Below are positions 58,779 to 62,884 of a stretch of 62,884 nt of DNA, one piece after another. Within the stretch, counting starts at the first letter, position 1. The number at the start of each line of letters is the position of its first letter. Origin of the DNA: Alphaproteobacteria bacterium (lineage in GTDB: Bacteria; Pseudomonadota; Alphaproteobacteria; Caulobacterales; Caulobacteraceae). Below the pieces are notes generated by a model. It saw only the letters and a program-made list of their open reading frames with translations, did no database searches and was not told the DNA's origin. Location: the NCBI GenBank assembly GCA_031415215.1, contig JANORH010000251.1, forward strand, positions 1 to 62,884, read 5' to 3'. A program made the position numbers and the translations under genes.

Positions 58779-59992
58779 TCGGCGGCCTCCAGTTTGAGCG
58801 ATGCCATCTGCAACGGCATGCCGATGGCGTCTGAAATTGAGTGGTGAACGTTTTGCAGGGCCATTTCCTGTCGCCCGTACAGAACACTGGAACCCGCTGG
58901 CAGGGCGGTCATGTTTCGCCAGCCCTGGGCAGCGACCACATAGTCCTCGGTCTCAACCACATTGGCAGTGGCGTCGTAACCTGCCTCGACCTCCGCGCGG
59001 TATTCCTCCGACAGCACCCCCTTGGGCGCATAGGTCGTCATATGCGTCACCGTCTCGCCAGGCGTCTCACCCGGGAAGTGACGGAAGGTCGTATAGTAGC
59101 CCTTGCCCGGCGCAACGGCACCCGCGAACAGGATGGTGTTGGGGAAGATGTAATGGATGCCGCCGATCCGGTGTTCGACGCCCCATTCGCTTTCCGGCAG
59201 ATCGAGCCACGCCTCCTGCTCACGGCCGACAAACAGCACACGGTGATGCGGGCCGAACCGGTCGTAGACCGTGATGTCGTTGCGAAAAAACGGTGCCAGG
59301 GTCTGCTTGTGCAGCGCGGCAAAATGATAGCCCTCGCCATAGGTGTCGAGGGCATACTTCCAGTTGGCAGCTACCGGTAGCTGCCCGGACTTTACCGGCT
59401 CGGCCTGCTCAAGCTGAAGCAACTCAAGCTCGGCCCCGAACGTCCCAAGATGGGCGTCGATATCCATGGTCGAGCCGGGTGTCGCCTGCACAAAGACCAG
59501 ACCGAAGCGCTCGGCCGCAGGCACCGACACCAGGTGATCATGATTGCAGAGGGCGTCACCAAATCGTTCCGCCTCCGGGGCCGCCGCAAGCTTGCCGTCG
59601 AGACCATAGGACCAACCGTGGAACCAGCAGGTGAAAAGCCGTGCCTGGCCGTCGGCCTCTCGCACCAGCCGCGCGCCGCGGTGCATGCAGATGTTGAGGA
59701 ACGCCTTCACCTCGCCGTCGGCACCGCGGACAATGACGATCGGCACGCCGGTTTCATCGAAGGTGCGATAGCTTCCGGGGCTGGGAAGCTCGCGTGACAG
59801 ACACGCTACCAGTGGGGTCTCACGGAACAGCTTCTGACGCTCCGCTGCATGCCGCACCGGGTCGGTATAGACGCTGATGTCGTTTCGCATCGGCTGATCA
59901 GCCAGATCGCTGGTGCCGTTGCGGATGTGCTCGACCACGCGCCGACCCAGTTTGAGCCTGGTCTCCAGAAGTCGATCTTCGAAGCTGTCCAT
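58775..59992 (-). CDS. Rieske non-heme iron oxygenase alpha subunit (5)
   Basis: CMHRG..CWFHG, NWK..DTYGEGYH..LH, EDY, YGRQE. Confidence 0.92.
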   Translation of the reverse strand: MDSFEDRLLETRLKLGRRVVEHIRNGTSDLADQPMRNDISVYTDPVRHAAERQKLFRETPLVACLSRELPSPGSYRTFDETGVPIVIVRGADGEVKAFLNICMHRGARLVREADGQARLFTCWFHGWSYGLDGKLAAAPEAERFGDALCNHDHLVSVPAAERFGLVFVQATPGSTMDIDAHLGTFGAELELLQLEQAEPVKSGQLPVAANWKYALDTYGEGYHFAALHKQTLAPFFRNDITVYDRFGPHHRVLFVGREQEAWLDLPESEWGVEHRIGGIHYIFPNTILFAGAVAPGKGYYTTFRHFPGETPGETVTHMTTYAPKGVLSEEYRAEVEAGYDATANVVETEDYVVAAQGWRNMTALPAGSSVLYGRQEMALQNVHHSISDAIGMPLQMASLKLEAAE

Positions 59993-60022
59993 TCAACCCT
60001 CCTGGGTCGGTTAGGTCCCGGC

Positions 60023-61567
60023 TTAGCCGCCGATCGTTCGATCGGTAGGCCAGTAGGGTCGCATCAGTGTGCGCTTGTTGATCTTGCCCATGGCGTTGCG
60101 GCCCAGATCCTCGACGACATCGTAGGTTCTGGGGCATTTGAACCCCGCCAGGTGCTGGCGGCAAAAGGCATCAAGGTCGGTCGCGGTCGGTGGCTGGGCA
60201 GGGTCGACCGCCATCACCAGCGCCTTGACCTCCTCGCCCATCTCGGCATTGGGAACCGCGATCACCGCCACGTCAGCCACGCCAGGATGGCGGATCAGTA
60301 CCAGCTCGGCTTCCGCCGGATAGATGTTCACCCCGCCGCTGACGATCATGTCCGAGACCCGATCGGTGATGAACACATAGCCGTCGTCGTCGGCGTAACC
60401 CATTTCGCCAAGAGTGAAGACGCCGGGCGCAATGTGGGCCGAGGCCGTCTTCTCGGCGTCGTTGTGGTAGATGATGCCGCGTCCGGTGGTGTCGCGGAAA
60501 TACAGCTGGCCCACGGCATTGGTGCCCAGGGTCTCGCCGGCCTCGCCGATCACCATCAACTCAAAGGGCGGCAGGGTCTTGCCCACGGAGCCGGGCTTTT
60601 GCAGCCACTCCTCTGAGGTAATGATGTTGGTGGTGCCCGATTCCGTCCCGCCATAGGCTTCGATCAACACCGGCCCGAACCAGTCGATGATCGCCCGCTT
60701 GGCATCCCTCGGGCAGGCCGCCCCGGTGTGAAAAACCGCCACCAGGCTCGAGACATCGTGCCGATCACGAACCTCCTGCGACAGCGTCAGAAGCCGCTGG
60801 AAGTGGGTCGGCACCATCAGCGTGCTGCTGATCTTGTAGCGATCAATAGTTGCAATCACCTGCTCAGGGTCAAAACGCCCCATGACCACCAGCGGCTTGC
60901 CACCGCCCAGCTGGCGAACCGATCCCAGGGGACCGGTGTGATAGAGCGGCCCGACCGCCAGACCCGGCCCGGGAGAGGCCACCGCCGCCTGTTCTTTCAA
61001 CGCATCGAAGAAGCCTTCGACCGTTTCCGTGCGGGCAAACATGTTCGGCGGCGTCTCCGCGCCCTTGGGTGTGCCGGTGGTGCCTGACGTGAAATGCAGA
61101 AAGGGTCTGGGCGGCTGGTCCGTCGGCGGCTCGGCGGTCGAGGCCCGGGCCAGCCAGTTATCCCAGGCGACGACACCGCTCACGTCCGTGCGCCAGCCAA
61201 CCACCTGGACGCCCCCCGCCAGGGCCGCAGCCTGGACGCCGACGGCGGCGGTCTCGGGACCGACAAACAACAGATCTGCGGCACCTTGGCGCAGGATGAA
61301 GGCCACCTCCTCGGCGGTCAGGTGGAAATTGATCGGGATCGACGAAATTCCGGCGTGCAGGCCCGCCAGATAGCCCAGCACCGTCTCGGCGCTGTTGTTG
61401 GCGAACACGCCAATGCGCCGACCCGACCCGATCCCGCTTGCCAGCAGGGCATTGGTTGCCCGGTTGAGGACGGTATCCAGCTTCGACCACGTGATCATCT
61501 GGCGTTCGTCGGCCAGCGCCAGATCGTTGGGGTGAGTCCGGGCTTTGTCAGCGGCGGCTAGCGACAT
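60023..61567 (-). CDS. Acyl-CoA synthetase / AMP-binding enzyme
   Basis: FTSGTTGTPKG, PLYH, EAYGGTE, DR..DMIVSGGVNIYPAE.E, GKI.K. Confidence 0.92.
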   Translation of the reverse strand: MSLAAADKARTHPNDLALADERQMITWSKLDTVLNRATNALLASGIGSGRRIGVFANNSAETVLGYLAGLHAGISSIPINFHLTAEEVAFILRQGAADLLFVGPETAAVGVQAAALAGGVQVVGWRTDVSGVVAWDNWLARASTAEPPTDQPPRPFLHFTSGTTGTPKGAETPPNMFARTETVEGFFDALKEQAAVASPGPGLAVGPLYHTGPLGSVRQLGGGKPLVVMGRFDPEQVIATIDRYKISSTLMVPTHFQRLLTLSQEVRDRHDVSSLVAVFHTGAACPRDAKRAIIDWFGPVLIEAYGGTESGTTNIITSEEWLQKPGSVGKTLPPFELMVIGEAGETLGTNAVGQLYFRDTTGRGIIYHNDAEKTASAHIAPGVFTLGEMGYADDDGYVFITDRVSDMIVSGGVNIYPAEAELVLIRHPGVADVAVIAVPNAEMGEEVKALVMAVDPAQPPTATDLDAFCRQHLAGFKCPRTYDVVEDLGRNAMGKINKRTLMRPYWPTDRTIGG

Positions 61568-61582
61568 GCATTGATATCCATA

Positions 61583-62779
61583 CTAGAGGCCCAGAACGGC
61601 GCGCGAGAGGATGTTCCGCTGGACCTCGCTTGAGCCGCCAAAGATCGTCGAGGCGCGGGCATTAAGGTACTGGGCTGTGGGTGCCACAGCGAATGCAGGC
61701 CCGACCGGCCCGGCTTCTCCGGTCAACGCCGGTCGCTGGAAGGGCACCGCGTAGTAACCCAGGATCTCCAGCGCCAGCTCGGTGAGCCTCTGCGAGGTCT
61801 CGCTGCCGCACACCTTCAGGGTCGAGGCGGTGGCGTCGCCGACATTGCTGCCGACCCCGAGGCTGGAAATCACCCGCCGTTCGGAAAAATCCACCGCCGT
61901 GACCTGAATCTCCAGATCGGAGAGCTTTCGCCGGAACGCCGGCGTCTCAAGCAGGCTTGCCTCGTCGACCGGAGTGTCTGCCGCCATCTTGCGGATCCTG
62001 GCCAGCCCGCTGCGCAATCGCGCGGCATAGGAGCCGCCCCGTTCGAACTCGAGCAGGTACTTGGCGACCGTCCAGCCCTCATCCTCCGGGCCGACCCGAT
62101 TCTCGACCGGCACGCGAACACCTTCGAAGAACACCTGATTGACCTCGTGCTCGCCGGAAATCGAGATGATCGGCTGCACGACGATGCCGGGGGTCTGCAT
62201 GTCCACGAGCAAAAAGGTGATCCCGGCCTGACGCTTGCCATCGTTCCGGGTCCGTACCAGCAGGAACATCCAGTTGGCGTTCTGGGCGTGCGTGGTCCAG
62301 AGTTTCGTGCCGTCGATCACATAGTCGTCGCCATCTCGCACGGCGCGACACTGCAGCGACGCCAGATCCGAGCCCGCCCCCGGCTCCGAATAGCCTTGGC
62401 ACCAATAGTCTTCGCCGGACAGAATGCGGGGTAGAAAGCGTGCCTTCTGGGCGTCGGTTCCGTAACCGATCAAGACCGGGCCGCACATCTGCAGCCCCAT
62501 GGCCGGCAGGGTGGGCGTTCCGACCTCGGCGCATTCGCTGTCATAGATATACTTCTGCACGATCGACCAGCCCGTGCCGCCGTGAGCCTTCGGCCACGAG
62601 GGCGCAATCCAGCCCTTCGCAAACAGGATTTTCTGCCAGGCGCGGTTCAGGGACGCCTCGGCAAAAACGCCGGACTGACGTCGTGCGGCGTCGCGAAGCT
62701 CTGGCGTGAACTCAGCATCGAGAAACGCGCGGACCTCGTCCCGGAAGGCCAGGTCTTCGGCGCTGAATGAGATATCCAT
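61583..62779 (-). CDS. Acyl-CoA dehydrogenase (FadE-type)
   Basis: WCQGYSEPGAGSDLASL, G.K.WT, VNQVFF, LEFER, TIFGGSSEVQRNI. Confidence 0.93.
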   Translation of the reverse strand: MDISFSAEDLAFRDEVRAFLDAEFTPELRDAARRQSGVFAEASLNRAWQKILFAKGWIAPSWPKAHGGTGWSIVQKYIYDSECAEVGTPTLPAMGLQMCGPVLIGYGTDAQKARFLPRILSGEDYWCQGYSEPGAGSDLASLQCRAVRDGDDYVIDGTKLWTTHAQNANWMFLLVRTRNDGKRQAGITFLLVDMQTPGIVVQPIISISGEHEVNQVFFEGVRVPVENRVGPEDEGWTVAKYLLEFERGGSYAARLRSGLARIRKMAADTPVDEASLLETPAFRRKLSDLEIQVTAVDFSERRVISSLGVGSNVGDATASTLKVCGSETSQRLTELALEILGYYAVPFQRPALTGEAGPVGPAFAVAPTAQYLNARASTIFGGSSEVQRNILSRAVLGL

Positions 62780-62796
62780 AGGTACTCCGTGGCCGG

Positions 62797-62884
62797 TTAG
62801 CGGTCGAATTCGATGTGCAGTTCAAGGACCCCGCGCAACAGGATGTTCGGGCTGTACCGAAAGTCACTGTGACCGGCCTGGATG
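62797..62884 (-). CDS. C-terminal fragment of a probable cytochrome P450 (runs off the window end)
   Basis: Manual translation ...IQAGHSDFRYSPNILLRGVLELHIEFDR* resembles the P450 terminal beta strands; only 28 residues visible. Confidence 0.5.
   Translation of the reverse strand, partial: IQAGHSDFRYSPNILLRGVLELHIEFDR

Overview
GC-rich alphaproteobacterial DNA, most consistent with Caulobacteraceae (inferred from a fixGHIS operon, TonB-dependent receptors and CIR-like intergenic repeats). The first ~3.9 kb is the housekeeping cbb3-oxidase maturation operon fixG(partial)-fixH-fixI-fixS. The remaining ~59 kb is one dense catabolic region. It encodes 2 carotenoid-cleavage-type dioxygenases, each beside a closely related NmrA-family gene, 5 Rieske oxygenase alpha subunits, 1 complete and 1 partial P450, and a KstD-like flavoprotein. 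It also has 10 SDRs, 3 NADP-dependent alkenal reductases, an old yellow enzyme, FadH, 6 SnoaL/NTF2 proteins and 3 ThuA-like proteins. A split acetoin-dehydrogenase-like system, a DUF35/thiolase pair, a MaoC pair, beta-oxidation genes, 2 TonB receptors, an MFS transporter, 3 TetRs and a solo LuxR complete it. No ferredoxin, reductase, aldehyde dehydrogenase, integrase, transposase, tRNA or CRISPR is visible. The leading hypothesis (inference) is an uncharacterised pathway for uptake and breakdown of a polyene/terpenoid lipid such as carotenoids or apocarotenoids. Non-coding signals include two 117-bp double-hairpin repeats with compensatory base changes and a recurring AACAA(G/T)CA-nn-CTTG-like operator motif. 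All product calls rest on motif recognition, not database searches.
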